From: a virus
Lineage: Duplodnaviria; Heunggongvirae; Uroviricota; Caudoviricetes
Length of the DNA: 64,000 nucleotides
Direction: 5' to 3' (one strand)
Virus record (IMG/VR): IMGVR_UViG_2821013286_000001
Location: 1 to 64,000 of that record
Shown piece after piece: positions 9,076-18,042 of this stretch; the stretch's first letter is position 1; each line of letters starts with the position of its first letter. The translations under genes and the position numbers were made by a program. The notes under the pieces are model-generated. The model saw only the letters and a list, made by a program, of their open reading frames with translations. It ran no database searches and was not told where the DNA came from.

Positions 9076-10065
9076 ATGTTATTCGAACGACAAACCACGC
9101 GTTATCCTGATCTCTATCCGTGGGCGCAGGATTATGTGAAGGCGATGCGTGACGGCTTCTGGACCGTCGATAAGTTCTCCTTTGAAGCTGACATTCAGGA
9201 CTTCTCGACCAAGCTGGCACCGGCTGAAAAGCAGCTTCTCATTCGTACGCTCGCGGCGATCGCCCAGATCGAGGTCAATGTTAAGACCTATTGGGCAAAC
9301 CTGCACCGTCACCTGCCGCATCCTGGCATGATGAGCCTTGGTATCACCATGGCGCATATCGAGGACATTCACGACAAGGCTTACGCACGCCTGATCGAAG
9401 TTCTCGGCCAGATGGAAATCTTCAAGAGCATCATTGACGTGCCTGTCATCCAGAAGCGCATGAAGTACCTCGCGAAGTACACGGATCGCGTCTACGACAA
9501 TGATCAGAAGCAATTCATCTACAGCCTGATCCTGTTCACGCTTTTCACCGAAAACGTCTCCCTGTTCACGCAGTTCTACATCGTCATGTTTCTGAACCGC
9601 GAAGACGGCGTGATGAAGGATGCGGCGCAACAGGTGAAGTACACGCGCAATGAGGAATTACTTCACGCTCAGGCTGGCATGCGCATCATTCAGGAGCTGA
9701 AGAAGGAATATCCGCACCTGTTCGACCAGGAGCTGGAAGACCGCATTCGCGAAGAATGTTTGGTTGCCTACGATGCAGAGCGCGAGCTTATCAAGTGGAT
9801 TCTTGATGGTTACGGTCGTGACGGCCTGAACTTCGACGCTTTGGATAATTTCATCAAGGATCGACTGAACAGCTCGCTTCAGGGCATTGGCTACAAGCCG
9901 CAGTTTGAGATCAACACAAATCTTTTGATGGACACAGATTGGATGGAACGCGGCGCTTACGCTCCGGTGAAGTTCGACTTCTTCCATGGCGAGAATACCG
10001 AATATCTCATGGAAGATATGCCACGCGACGACAATTTTGATGCGCGTCTGGCTCTCAATTTTTAA
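9076..10065 (+). CDS. nrdB: ribonucleotide reductase class I beta (small) subunit
   Basis: Ferritin-like di-iron motifs (EVNVKTYW..., IEDIHDKAYA), tyrosyl-radical region TQFYIVMF, second iron site NEELLHAQ; start chosen at ATG 9076 (track start 9007 lies inside a promoter element). Confidence 0.8.
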   Translation: MLFERQTTRYPDLYPWAQDYVKAMRDGFWTVDKFSFEADIQDFSTKLAPAEKQLLIRTLAAIAQIEVNVKTYWANLHRHLPHPGMMSLGITMAHIEDIHDKAYARLIEVLGQMEIFKSIIDVPVIQKRMKYLAKYTDRVYDNDQKQFIYSLILFTLFTENVSLFTQFYIVMFLNREDGVMKDAAQQVKYTRNEELLHAQAGMRIIQELKKEYPHLFDQELEDRIREECLVAYDAERELIKWILDGYGRDGLNFDALDNFIKDRLNSSLQGIGYKPQFEINTNLLMDTDWMERGAYAPVKFDFFHGENTEYLMEDMPRDDNFDARLALNF

Positions 10066-10091
10066 TCACGAATAAATAAGGAGGCTGCACC

Positions 10092-11828
10092 GTGCAGCGA
10101 GAAGACTTTTATTGGCTCAACGACGTTTCCCTGAAGACACTTTCGCGCGGTTATCTGCGCGAAGGTATCGAGCCGGAAAACCTGCGAGCGGAGGCGATCA
10201 AGCGCCTGGAGCAGATGGCGCAGCATTCGCACGATATGCTGATCAAGATGGGTCGTGAGCGCAAGGATCACGCCAAGAAGCTGATGGAAGGCTGGAAGCG
10301 CGGTTGGGCTTCGCTCTCGACGCCTGTGATGGGCAATTTCGGTACGCAGCGCGGTCTGCCGATCTCGTGCAACGGCTCGTTTGTGGCCGACACCACTGAA
10401 TCCATCCTCTACAATCTCTCTGAGATTGGCATGATGACGAAATTCGGTGCTGGCACGTCCTCTTATATGGGCGTTCGTCACAAAGGTGCAGCTATCACTG
10501 GTGGCGGTAAATCGAGCGGCGTAGTGCCGCTGATGGGGCTTTCTGCTGCAATGACCAGCACGATCAGCCAGGCAGGTTTGCGGCGTGGCAATTGGGCCGG
10601 TTACATCGATATTCGGTCGTCTGACATTCACGACTTCCTTCGCATCCGCGATCCGCTGCATCCCGTCCAGCACGTCAGTTTTGGCGTCTGTATCGATGAC
10701 GCGTGGATGGAAGAAATGCTCGCTGAGCCGAAGAACGGCGAAAAGCGCATGCTTTTGGTCGATATCATCCTGAAGCGCCGTCAGAGCGGCTTTCCTTATA
10801 TCTTCTTCACGGATGCTGCCAATCGTGACCGTCATCCGCGCTTGGTTGAGCTGGCTCGCAAGATCTGGGCTTCGAACCTGTGCACCGAAATCATGCTTCC
10901 GGCCAATGAGGAAGAAAGCTTCGTCTGCAATCTGTCCTCTGCCAATGCCGTTCACTATGACGAGTGGAAGGATACGGACTGGATCGAGACCATGATCTTT
11001 TTCCTCGATACGGTCATGGAAGAATACATCGAGAAGACCTACAGCATTCCATTTATGGATCGTGCAAATCGCTTTGCAACGCGGTGGCGCGCACTTGGTC
11101 TCGGTATTCTCGGCTACCACACTGCATTGCAGAACCGTTTGCTTCCGTTCGAAAGTGAAGGCGCTCGCGCATTCAACATTGAGATCCACAAGACGCTCAA
11201 GGAGCAGTCCTATGCTGCTTCGCGCAAGATGGCCGAAGAGTATGGCGAAGCGCCTGGCATGACCGGCACTGGACAGCGCCATTTGACGCTCAATGCAATT
11301 GCGCCAACCACCTCGTCCTCGATCATTCTCGGCCAGGTTTCGCAGTCGATTGAGCCATGGGAAGGCAATATCTTCGAGAACGACAACGCGAAGGGCGTCT
11401 TCACTCAGGTCAATCCGAACTTCATCGCGCTTCTGGACGAATACGAACAGAACACGCCGGAAGTCTGGAAAGACATTGCACGTCATGGCGGCTCGGTGCA
11501 GCACCTGGACTTCCTGTCTGATCTGGAGAAGAAGGTCTACAAGACTTTTGCGGAGATCGATCAGAAGGAAATTGTTCGTCAGGCCGCTGATCGTCAGAAA
11601 TACATCGATCAGGGGCAGTCATTGAACCTTATGGTTCCGAAAGCTGCAACGATGCAGGACAACGTGTCTCTGATCGTTGGAGCGTGGAAGCTCGGCCTGA
11701 AATCGCTCTACTACCACAAGAACAGCTCCGGCGCGACGCGTGAGCTTTTGCGCGCCACCGCTGCCAATTCCAATGCCTATGCGGTTGAAGCCGCTGATGA
11801 AGGAGATTGCCTCGCATGTCAGGCGTAA
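10092..11828 (+). CDS. nrdA: ribonucleotide reductase class I alpha (large) subunit, short form without ATP cone
   Basis: GTG start after AAGGAGG SD; active-site NLCTEI; C-terminal redox CLAC pair; only 578 aa. Confidence 0.8.
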   Translation: MQREDFYWLNDVSLKTLSRGYLREGIEPENLRAEAIKRLEQMAQHSHDMLIKMGRERKDHAKKLMEGWKRGWASLSTPVMGNFGTQRGLPISCNGSFVADTTESILYNLSEIGMMTKFGAGTSSYMGVRHKGAAITGGGKSSGVVPLMGLSAAMTSTISQAGLRRGNWAGYIDIRSSDIHDFLRIRDPLHPVQHVSFGVCIDDAWMEEMLAEPKNGEKRMLLVDIILKRRQSGFPYIFFTDAANRDRHPRLVELARKIWASNLCTEIMLPANEEESFVCNLSSANAVHYDEWKDTDWIETMIFFLDTVMEEYIEKTYSIPFMDRANRFATRWRALGLGILGYHTALQNRLLPFESEGARAFNIEIHKTLKEQSYAASRKMAEEYGEAPGMTGTGQRHLTLNAIAPTTSSSIILGQVSQSIEPWEGNIFENDNAKGVFTQVNPNFIALLDEYEQNTPEVWKDIARHGGSVQHLDFLSDLEKKVYKTFAEIDQKEIVRQAADRQKYIDQGQSLNLMVPKAATMQDNVSLIVGAWKLGLKSLYYHKNSSGATRELLRATAANSNAYAVEAADEGDCLACQA

Positions 11829-12040
11829 AGTTTCACATTCTTACCCGCGAGAATTGCGTCTATTGTTCTAGAGCAAAACGTTTATTGAAAGCTCGTGGTA
11901 TCGAATTCGAGGAGGAAAATCATGTAACCGAAGAGGAGATAGAGCGCTTCAAGGCTGCCGGACATCGCACGTTTCCAAGGATTTTCAAGGATGGCGAGCT
12001 GATTGGCGGTTACACCGAACTGGAAGCGCTGCTGTCTTAA
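11816..12040 (+). CDS. glutaredoxin (NrdH/Grx-like)
   Basis: CVYC active site, thioredoxin-fold length (74 aa), directly after nrdA; AGGAG SD 10 nt upstream. Confidence 0.75.
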   Translation: MSGVKFHILTRENCVYCSRAKRLLKARGIEFEEENHVTEEEIERFKAAGHRTFPRIFKDGELIGGYTELEALLS

Positions 12041-12049
12041 TTTACCCTG

Positions 12050-12077
12050 CAATGTAAATAAATATTTACATCCATAG
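12050..12077. promoter_or_regulatory. palindromic intergenic element
   Basis: caatgTAAATAAATATTTAcatcc upstream of thyX. Confidence 0.5.
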
Positions 12078-12092
12078 CGACTCACATTAATC

Positions 12093-12114
12093 GGGAGGCA
12101 AGAAATTGCCTCCC
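12093..12114 (+). promoter_or_regulatory. stem-loop GGGAGGC-aagaaatt-GCCTCCC upstream of thyX
   Basis: Perfect 7-bp stem containing an SD-like GGGAGG, 25 nt before ATG 12139. Confidence 0.35.
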
Positions 12115-12138
12115 AGAGCATCAACCAAGAGATTTTCC

Positions 12139-13125
12139 ATGAACATCACTATTGAAAATGGCGTCTACTCGCACAACGGCATGACCGTAGAGGTTATCCT
12201 TGCAAGCAAGCCCACCAACGGCGCGGCACCGATCATCACGATCCACGCACGCTATCCACGCATCATTCATTCCGAATTGATGACGCACCGCGTATTCAGC
12301 CGCAATGCTCGCTCATCGCGCGCCGTGCCGGTCAAGACGATGCTGGAAGAAGTATGGCGCACCCCTTTCGTGCCTTGGCATTGGGGTAAGAACCAGAGCG
12401 GTATGCAGGCTGGTGAAGAGTGCAACACGCGACCGGAAGTCAATTGGTTTCACGAAATTGATCCAAATGACGACGCCAAGGGCTATGAACTCGGCAAGAT
12501 TGAGCAGTCTCGCGAGGATACGTGGATTCATGCGCGCGATGCCGCACATGAAGTAGCAGAGGCTTACATGAAGGCCGGCTATCACAAACAGATCGCCAAT
12601 CGCCTGCTCGAACCCTTTATGTTCATCGACACGCTGATCACCTCGACCAGTTGGGCAAACTTCCTCCACCTGCGCGATCACAAGGATGCTGAGCCGCACA
12701 TTCGCGATCTGGCCGTTCTGATCAAGGAGGCGATTGCTGGCGCTAATTACGAGTCCCTGGAGCCAGGCCAGTGGCATCTACCCTACGTCCCCCATTGGGA
12801 GCGTGCTGATATTGTTAAGGCAGTCACCGGCAAGACGTGGGATCAAAAATGGGATGAAGCTGATCGCCTTGCATTGGCGAAAATATCAGTCGCTCGCTGC
12901 GCTCGTATCTCCTACAAGCCCTTCGACGGCGACGGCTCCATCGAGCGTGAACTGGAGCGTTACGAGCGACTCGTCGGCTCGACACCGCTTCACGCCTCGC
13001 CTGCTGAGCATCAGGCAACGCCTATGCGTCACCGCGTTCCTGGCAGCTTCAACGGCAATCTTGGTGAAGGCTGGATTCAGTTTCGAAAGAAGCTAGACGG
13101 CGAATACGTGGCGGACGCAGCATGA
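12139..13125 (+). CDS. thyX: flavin-dependent thymidylate synthase ThyX
   Basis: ThyX-type motif ELMTHRVFSRNARSSRAV (RHR...S.R) and overall size; start taken at ATG 12139. Confidence 0.6.
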   Translation: MNITIENGVYSHNGMTVEVILASKPTNGAAPIITIHARYPRIIHSELMTHRVFSRNARSSRAVPVKTMLEEVWRTPFVPWHWGKNQSGMQAGEECNTRPEVNWFHEIDPNDDAKGYELGKIEQSREDTWIHARDAAHEVAEAYMKAGYHKQIANRLLEPFMFIDTLITSTSWANFLHLRDHKDAEPHIRDLAVLIKEAIAGANYESLEPGQWHLPYVPHWERADIVKAVTGKTWDQKWDEADRLALAKISVARCARISYKPFDGDGSIERELERYERLVGSTPLHASPAEHQATPMRHRVPGSFNGNLGEGWIQFRKKLDGEYVADAA

Positions 13126-13376
13126 AGAAGCTCGCACTTATCCTCGCCTCGACCGCCCTTCTCGCGGGCTGCGGCGTCAATCCCAATGAAGCGACCGCCG
13201 CTCTTGAAGCTCAAGGGCTGACCAATGTGAAACTCGGCGGCTATTCGCTGTTCGGTTGCAGCAAGCAGGACACCTTTCGCTCGAAGTTTGAGGCTGTAGG
13301 CGCCAACGGCAAGCCTGTCAGTGGCGTTGTCTGCTCCGGGCTTCTGAAAGGCGTGACAGTCCGCTTCACGTTCTAA
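13122..13376 (+). CDS. small lipoprotein
   Basis: Signal peptide with lipobox LLAGC; 84 aa; ATGA overlap with thyX. Confidence 0.55.
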   Translation: MKKLALILASTALLAGCGVNPNEATAALEAQGLTNVKLGGYSLFGCSKQDTFRSKFEAVGANGKPVSGVVCSGLLKGVTVRFTF

Positions 13377-13388
13377 CCAACCCGTCGC

Positions 13389-13425
13389 GTGCTGCACTAA
13401 TCAAGCACGCGACACCGATTTAAAA
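13389..13425 (+). terminator. hairpin GTCGCGTGCT...AGCACGCGAC (weak U-tract)
   Basis: 10-bp stem after the lipoprotein gene. Confidence 0.35.
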
Positions 13426-13447
13426 TTCATACCTGGAGTACATTTTC

Positions 13448-14062
13448 ATGAGTTCCGATTTCGCCAATTTTGTTGACCTGACGAAGAACGTGGACAAGAC
13501 GATTTCCGACATCGTTGATCACCACACCGTTGGCGGCGCGCGCTTGATGCGCGACGAGGATCTAACCGCCGCTCACAGCAAGATGATCATCTTTTATGGC
13601 AAGCTGTTTGAAAGCCTGTTGAAGACACCAACCATCTTCATCGAACGTGAAGAAGGCGCACAGCTGCCGGAGTACGCCACGGATGGCGCCGCTGGCGCTG
13701 ACGTTCGCGCTCTTATCTCCGCGCCGGTCACGCTGCTGCCTGGCGAGCGCCTTCTTATTCCGACTGGTCTGAAGGCTGATATTCCTGCAGGCTACGAAAT
13801 TCAGGTTCGTCCTCGTTCCGGCCTGGCTCTCAAGAATGGCATCACCATTCTCAATTCGCCTGGCACCATCGACAGCGACTACAAAGGGCCGATTGGCGTG
13901 ATCCTCGCCAACTTCTCGGACGATCCTTTTGAAGTGAAGCCAGGCGATCGCATTGGGCAGCTCGTCGTCGCCAAGGTCGAGTCCGCTACCTTCCTTCGTA
14001 CTGAGAAGGTCGGAACGTCTGAGCGCGGTGAAGGTGGTTTCGGCAGCACAGGCGTACAATAA
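13448..14062 (+). CDS. dut: dUTP pyrophosphatase
   Basis: dUTPase motifs GAAGADVRA, RPRSGLALKNGI, GTIDSDYKGPI, GDRIGQLVV; about 50-aa N-terminal extension. Confidence 0.85.
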   Translation: MSSDFANFVDLTKNVDKTISDIVDHHTVGGARLMRDEDLTAAHSKMIIFYGKLFESLLKTPTIFIEREEGAQLPEYATDGAAGADVRALISAPVTLLPGERLLIPTGLKADIPAGYEIQVRPRSGLALKNGITILNSPGTIDSDYKGPIGVILANFSDDPFEVKPGDRIGQLVVAKVESATFLRTEKVGTSERGEGGFGSTGVQ

Positions 14063-14701
14063 ATGCTGATAGGCATTTCAGGCGCACACGGTTGCGGCAA
14101 GACCACACTTGCCAAGCAGTACGCAACGCAGTCGGGGCTGGAGTATATTCCAGCCTCAACGAACGAGATTGCCAAGCGTGCAGGCTATGCACATGGCAGC
14201 GTCGATCTGGACATCAATGAGCGGATAAAGTTGCAGTGGAGTATTCTTGAAGGCTTCAAGGGCTTCATCAGGGATTGTCCCGCAAATACGGTCACTGATC
14301 GCACGCCGCTCGATGTTGCAGCCTATACGATGGCTGAAATTGGTATGCATTCGACCAAGCTGGTAGATCCGGCAGTCCTGAAGACGGTTCCGGCTCTCGT
14401 CCGCGAGGCACAGGAATTGACCAAAAAGCGCTTTCAGCATGTTACATTGCTGCGACCGCTTCCGACATATGACGCCATCGACGGGAAACGACCGCCAGCG
14501 AACGAAGCATTCCAGATGCACTATCAGTTCCTGCTGGAAGGTCTCGCCTTTGCAACGCATATGAGCAAGACGTTCACGATTTCCCTTTGCATGACGAACT
14601 CGCTGGAAGCGCGACTTGAAATGCTTTCGGAAGATGTTGCAGACGTGATCGAGCGAAACGGAACACACCAAACACCGGCTGAGCACGTTTTCGTTCACTG
14701 A
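14063..14701 (+). CDS. P-loop nucleoside/nucleotide kinase-like protein
   Basis: Walker A ISGAHGCGKTTLAK at N-terminus; DRTPLDVAAY resembles dNK/dNMP-kinase lid region; between dut and HD nucleotidase. Confidence 0.5.
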   Translation: MLIGISGAHGCGKTTLAKQYATQSGLEYIPASTNEIAKRAGYAHGSVDLDINERIKLQWSILEGFKGFIRDCPANTVTDRTPLDVAAYTMAEIGMHSTKLVDPAVLKTVPALVREAQELTKKRFQHVTLLRPLPTYDAIDGKRPPANEAFQMHYQFLLEGLAFATHMSKTFTISLCMTNSLEARLEMLSEDVADVIERNGTHQTPAEHVFVH

Positions 14702-14744
14702 GCCGGTTCTTACCCACCACGAAAAGTCATATCTAGAATTATCA

Positions 14745-14766
14745 ATAGATATTTATACACACAGGA
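14745..14766. promoter_or_regulatory. palindromic intergenic element (half-site strong)
   Basis: aatagATATTTATACAcacagg before gene 14773. Confidence 0.4.
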
Positions 14767-14772
14767 GAATTT

Positions 14773-15318
14773 ATGTTTGATAAAGTGACAATCGGCCAGG
14801 TTCTGAGCGGCGAAGTTACACCGACCACCGTCGATACCTATCTGGACAATCTGAAGAAGGCGCAGGAACTGGCTGTCGATGTCAAGGAAGTCACTGAGCT
14901 TCGGTCACAGCTCCTGGATTATGTCGGCAAGATCAACACGGTTCTGAACGTTGTTCGCACAGTCTCCTCTGCCGCCCTCAACGTCTCTGACATCGAGGGC
15001 GCCAAGAGCCTTATCGATCGTGTGCGCGATGAGTTCCCGGAACAGATCGTAACGAGCTTCATTGGCGTCGAGGTCGTTGATGCCGACAAGCCGTATGATC
15101 ATCAGGACATGGTCGATGAAGTCGAAGCTGTGAAGGAAGTCGCAAAGGAATACCCGAAAGGCATTCCTGTGATCACGCTCAATCTCAGCGAAACAGATGG
15201 CAAGTCGTCGGAAAAGGTTCGTGAAGCCATTACCTCGCTGCTGAAGCAAGGCAACGTTCCACTGTTCGGTCACGCTGGCGGCATCGTTCGCGGTCCTGGC
15301 GCACGTCGGGTTATGTGA
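14773..15318 (+). CDS. hypothetical protein
   Basis: 181-aa ORF after a palindromic element; AGGAG SD. Confidence 0.5.
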   Translation: MFDKVTIGQVLSGEVTPTTVDTYLDNLKKAQELAVDVKEVTELRSQLLDYVGKINTVLNVVRTVSSAALNVSDIEGAKSLIDRVRDEFPEQIVTSFIGVEVVDADKPYDHQDMVDEVEAVKEVAKEYPKGIPVITLNLSETDGKSSEKVREAITSLLKQGNVPLFGHAGGIVRGPGARRVM

Positions 15319-15340
15319 TGCGCCGCATCGTCACTGAGGA

Positions 15341-15385
15341 AGGGCTATTCGCTATAGCCCTCCTCGTTTTCGTCCTGATTATAAT
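15341..15385 (+). terminator. intrinsic terminator-like hairpin AGGAAGGGCTAT..ATAGCCCTCCT + CGTTTTCG
   Basis: After gene 14773..15318. Confidence 0.45.
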
Positions 15386-15408
15386 AAAAGTCCTTTTTGG
15401 GGTCTGAA

Positions 15409-16008
15409 ATGACACGTATTGGTAATGCGATGCACACCGCTGCCGGTGGCATCTACTATCCGTTTGATCCACGCGTTGAAGAAGTGGATATCTACACAAT
15501 TGCCCATCACCTTGCGACGCGCGGTCGCTTTAACGGCGCAACGCAGCACAAGAAGCATCCAAGCCGCATCTTCTATTCTGTCGCGGAGCATTCCGTTTAC
15601 GTGGCTTGGTATGTCGAGCACATTCTGAAGCGACCGGACCTGGCACTGACTGCACTACTGCATGATGCGGCTGAAGCCTATAACGGCGATCTGATCCGGC
15701 CGCTGAAGTACAGCCCAGAATTCTCTGCGCCGTTCAAGGCTGTCGAAGAAATCAATGAGGCGGTGATTGCGAAGGCGTTCAATACGCCCTTCCCTATGCC
15801 GCATGAAGTGAAGCTTGCGGATGAGGCTGTCGGTCGTGCAGAGCTTCAGCAGATTGTGCCGAATCCGATTGATCGCGGACCAAACCACTTCGAAGGCGAT
15901 GCGGTCGCCAATATCGAAATCGAAATGTATGAGCCAATCTATGCGCGAAATATGTTTCTGATGGAGTTCAATCGGCTCGTCCCTGCCGAGCAACAGGTGG
16001 AGTGGTAG
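15409..16008 (+). CDS. HD-domain phosphohydrolase (YfbR-like 5'-deoxynucleotidase)
   Basis: HS...H ... LLHDAAEAYNGDL (H..HD motif) with downstream conserved D; ATG 15409 (track TTG 15397). Confidence 0.65.
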   Translation: MTRIGNAMHTAAGGIYYPFDPRVEEVDIYTIAHHLATRGRFNGATQHKKHPSRIFYSVAEHSVYVAWYVEHILKRPDLALTALLHDAAEAYNGDLIRPLKYSPEFSAPFKAVEEINEAVIAKAFNTPFPMPHEVKLADEAVGRAELQQIVPNPIDRGPNHFEGDAVANIEIEMYEPIYARNMFLMEFNRLVPAEQQVEW

Positions 16009-16040
16009 ACGCCACTTTGCACCCATTTATTTGTCTGCGA

Positions 16041-16066
16041 TTGTAGATGAATGTTTATACACTATT
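16041..16066. promoter_or_regulatory. palindromic intergenic element
   Basis: tgtagatgaATGTTTATACActatt before gene 16080. Confidence 0.45.
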
Positions 16067-16079
16067 TTCGGGGTAGGTA

Positions 16080-16322
16080 ATGTCTAATTGGCAAGACTTC
16101 ACCGGTGAGCTTGGTCGGAAGATGCTCGACCAGGCTCAGTTAGCGATCCAGCGGTTCGAGACAAAGGAAATCGGACTGCTGGAGCTGAAGCGAACGATTG
16201 GAGCCGTCTACGACACGGCTTCAGGGTTAGCGCCGCAAGAAGACCTTCAGGTTGTCGCGGCGATTTACGACAAAGTGGAGAAAGCGTGTGAGCGTCAACT
16301 TTCCAAAAGATGCGTGGATTAA
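16080..16322 (+). CDS. hypothetical protein
   Basis: 80-aa ORF following a palindromic element. Confidence 0.4.
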   Translation: MSNWQDFTGELGRKMLDQAQLAIQRFETKEIGLLELKRTIGAVYDTASGLAPQEDLQVVAAIYDKVEKACERQLSKRCVD

Positions 16323-16848
16323 GGATGCGATAGCCAAGCGCTATCTGATCGTTCACAAGAACGGCACCATTGAGCGCGCCAATAAGGCCACCAAGGAAGG
16401 TGTGGTTGACGTTAGCGCTGGCTATCACCTTGTGAAGTATCAGACCCACAAGAAGTCAGGACGCGTCTTTTTCAACATGACGTGGCGCGGTTTCAAGAAG
16501 TCCGTGCTCGTCAATCGTGTTGTCGCACTGCGCTACCTTCCAAATCCGCTCAATCTGCCGCAGGTGAACCATATCGACGGCGACAAGCAGAACAACGCGC
16601 TGGAGAACCCAGACGGAACACCACAGCTCGAATGGTCGTCCGGCTCGGACAACGAGAAACATGCGCATCAGAACGGCCTGAAGTCAGGTCGCGGTAGTCA
16701 AAACTCAAACGCCAAGCTCACCGCAGCCGATGTCGAAGCGATCCGCTCTTGCATTGGTTGTTCCGTCCGCGAGCTGGCCGACAAATACGGCGTCGGTCGC
16801 TCGACAATCACCAACATCATTTCAGGAAAGTCCTGGAACCACATTTAG
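16252..16848 (+). CDS. HNH homing endonuclease with C-terminal HTH (NUMOD-like)
   Basis: VNHIDGDKQNNALENL HNH core; C-terminal SVRELADKYGVGRSTITNI helix-turn-helix; 5' end overlaps upstream ORF (start may be GTG 16288). Confidence 0.7.
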   Translation: MSRRFTTKWRKRVSVNFPKDAWIKDAIAKRYLIVHKNGTIERANKATKEGVVDVSAGYHLVKYQTHKKSGRVFFNMTWRGFKKSVLVNRVVALRYLPNPLNLPQVNHIDGDKQNNALENPDGTPQLEWSSGSDNEKHAHQNGLKSGRGSQNSNAKLTAADVEAIRSCIGCSVRELADKYGVGRSTITNIISGKSWNHI

Positions 16849-16857
16849 GAGGCTTCC

Positions 16858-17028
16858 ATGAGCGTGCTTGGAGTTCTTCTGGCGATTATCGGCTGGTGTC
16901 TGATCTTCGTTATTCTGGTCGTGGTCATCCTGCTCGCGCTGATGGTTCTCTATCTCGTCTATCTACTGTTGGGGATCACCTACAATGCCATCTGGATCTA
17001 TCTCTATGAGCGAAATGCGCGTCGTTGA
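16858..17028 (+). CDS. small hydrophobic membrane protein (56 aa)
   Basis: Strong SD AGGAGG 7 nt upstream; almost entirely hydrophobic (LLAIIGWCLIFVILVVVILLALMVLYLVYLLLGI); below the 60-aa track cut-off. Confidence 0.4.
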   Translation: MSVLGVLLAIIGWCLIFVILVVVILLALMVLYLVYLLLGITYNAIWIYLYERNARR

Positions 17029-17176
17029 ATTCCTGCATGTTTGCGAGAACCGCCAGGTCACTCCCGTCGAGTTTGACCGTCTTTTAGGTCGTATCACTAG
17101 CAAGGTGCCGCTTTCCAAGCAGGACGCAGCCAGTGCTTACGACAAAGCAATTGAGAAATTTGGAATTACGAAATGA
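17006..17176 (+). CDS. hypothetical small protein
   Basis: In-frame ATG inside track ORF 16985..17176; overlaps end of upstream small ORF. Confidence 0.3.
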   Translation: MSEMRVVEFLHVCENRQVTPVEFDRLLGRITSKVPLSKQDAASAYDKAIEKFGITK

Positions 17177-17397
17177 TACCGGATGAATTCTTCAATGACG
17201 TAACAATTTCCGTTTGGCCGGAGCGACGCTCTCACGGCGGTCAGTATGTCGGCACTACCTGCTGCGGCGTGAAGATCGTTCACAACCCAACCGGCACAGA
17301 AGCTATCAGCGTCATGGCTCGTAGCCAGCATGTCAACAAGATGATCGCAATGGAAATGATCCATGCCGCGCTCACGCACCCAAAGGCTTCACTATGA
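17173..17397 (+). CDS. hypothetical protein
   Basis: ATGA overlaps at both ends; 74 aa. Confidence 0.4.
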   Translation: MIPDEFFNDVTISVWPERRSHGGQYVGTTCCGVKIVHNPTGTEAISVMARSQHVNKMIAMEMIHAALTHPKASL

Positions 17398-17960
17398 CCA
17401 TTTATGCAGGCTTCGATATTGAAACGACCGGACTATTAGAGCCGGATCACCGAATAATCGAAATTCATTTCGAGTTCCGTCATAACTACAAGAAGCTACT
17501 AACTTGGACGCAGCGCCTCGATCCGAAGCGCACGATCACGGCTGAGGCATTTCGTGTCCATGGGATTGATCTCGCGATGCTCGCTGGCAAACCCACTTTC
17601 GAAGACGTTGCAAAAACGATTGAAGGATTGATCCAGCGTGCCGACGTTCTCGTTGCGCACAATGGTGAGGACTTCGATGAACCTTTTCTGGAGAAGGAGT
17701 TCAAGCGCGTCGGTCTGCGACTACCGAAAAAGCCGATCTTCGACACCATGAAGAAAGGTCGTTGGGCTACTGCGGACGGCAAGAACCCAAATCTGGGTGA
17801 ACTGTGCTGGTCCACTGGCGTCGATTACGACAGTACAAAGGCTCACGCCGCTGACTATGACGTAAGCGTCATGCTGGACGCATTTGAGAGCGGCTACCGA
17901 ATGGGCTTTTTCAGTATGGACGGATTGTCGATCAACGAGCAGCAGAGCATTGCGGCTTGA
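17394..17960 (+). CDS. DnaQ-like DEDD 3'-5' exonuclease
   Basis: Exo I FDIETTG, Exo II VAHNGEDFDEPFL, Exo III HAADYDVSVM. Confidence 0.75.
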   Translation: MTIYAGFDIETTGLLEPDHRIIEIHFEFRHNYKKLLTWTQRLDPKRTITAEAFRVHGIDLAMLAGKPTFEDVAKTIEGLIQRADVLVAHNGEDFDEPFLEKEFKRVGLRLPKKPIFDTMKKGRWATADGKNPNLGELCWSTGVDYDSTKAHAADYDVSVMLDAFESGYRMGFFSMDGLSINEQQSIAA

Positions 17961-18000
17961 AGCGGCGCTCCAATGTCTCTCCGTAAGCGAACGCGTTAAA

Positions 18001-18042
18001 AATAAACATCAATAAAAACGCAAAAACACAAGGTAACGAACA
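18001..18042 (+). promoter_or_regulatory. conserved 5' leader
   Basis: aataaacatcaataaaaacgcaaaaacacaaggtaacgaaca then ATG 18043. Confidence 0.4.

Noticed and set aside
10062-11504. 480-aa minus-strand ORF
   Set aside because: Lies entirely antisense to the well-supported RNR alpha gene. Its Arg/Ala/Leu-rich composition is typical of antisense frames in GC-balanced coding DNA.
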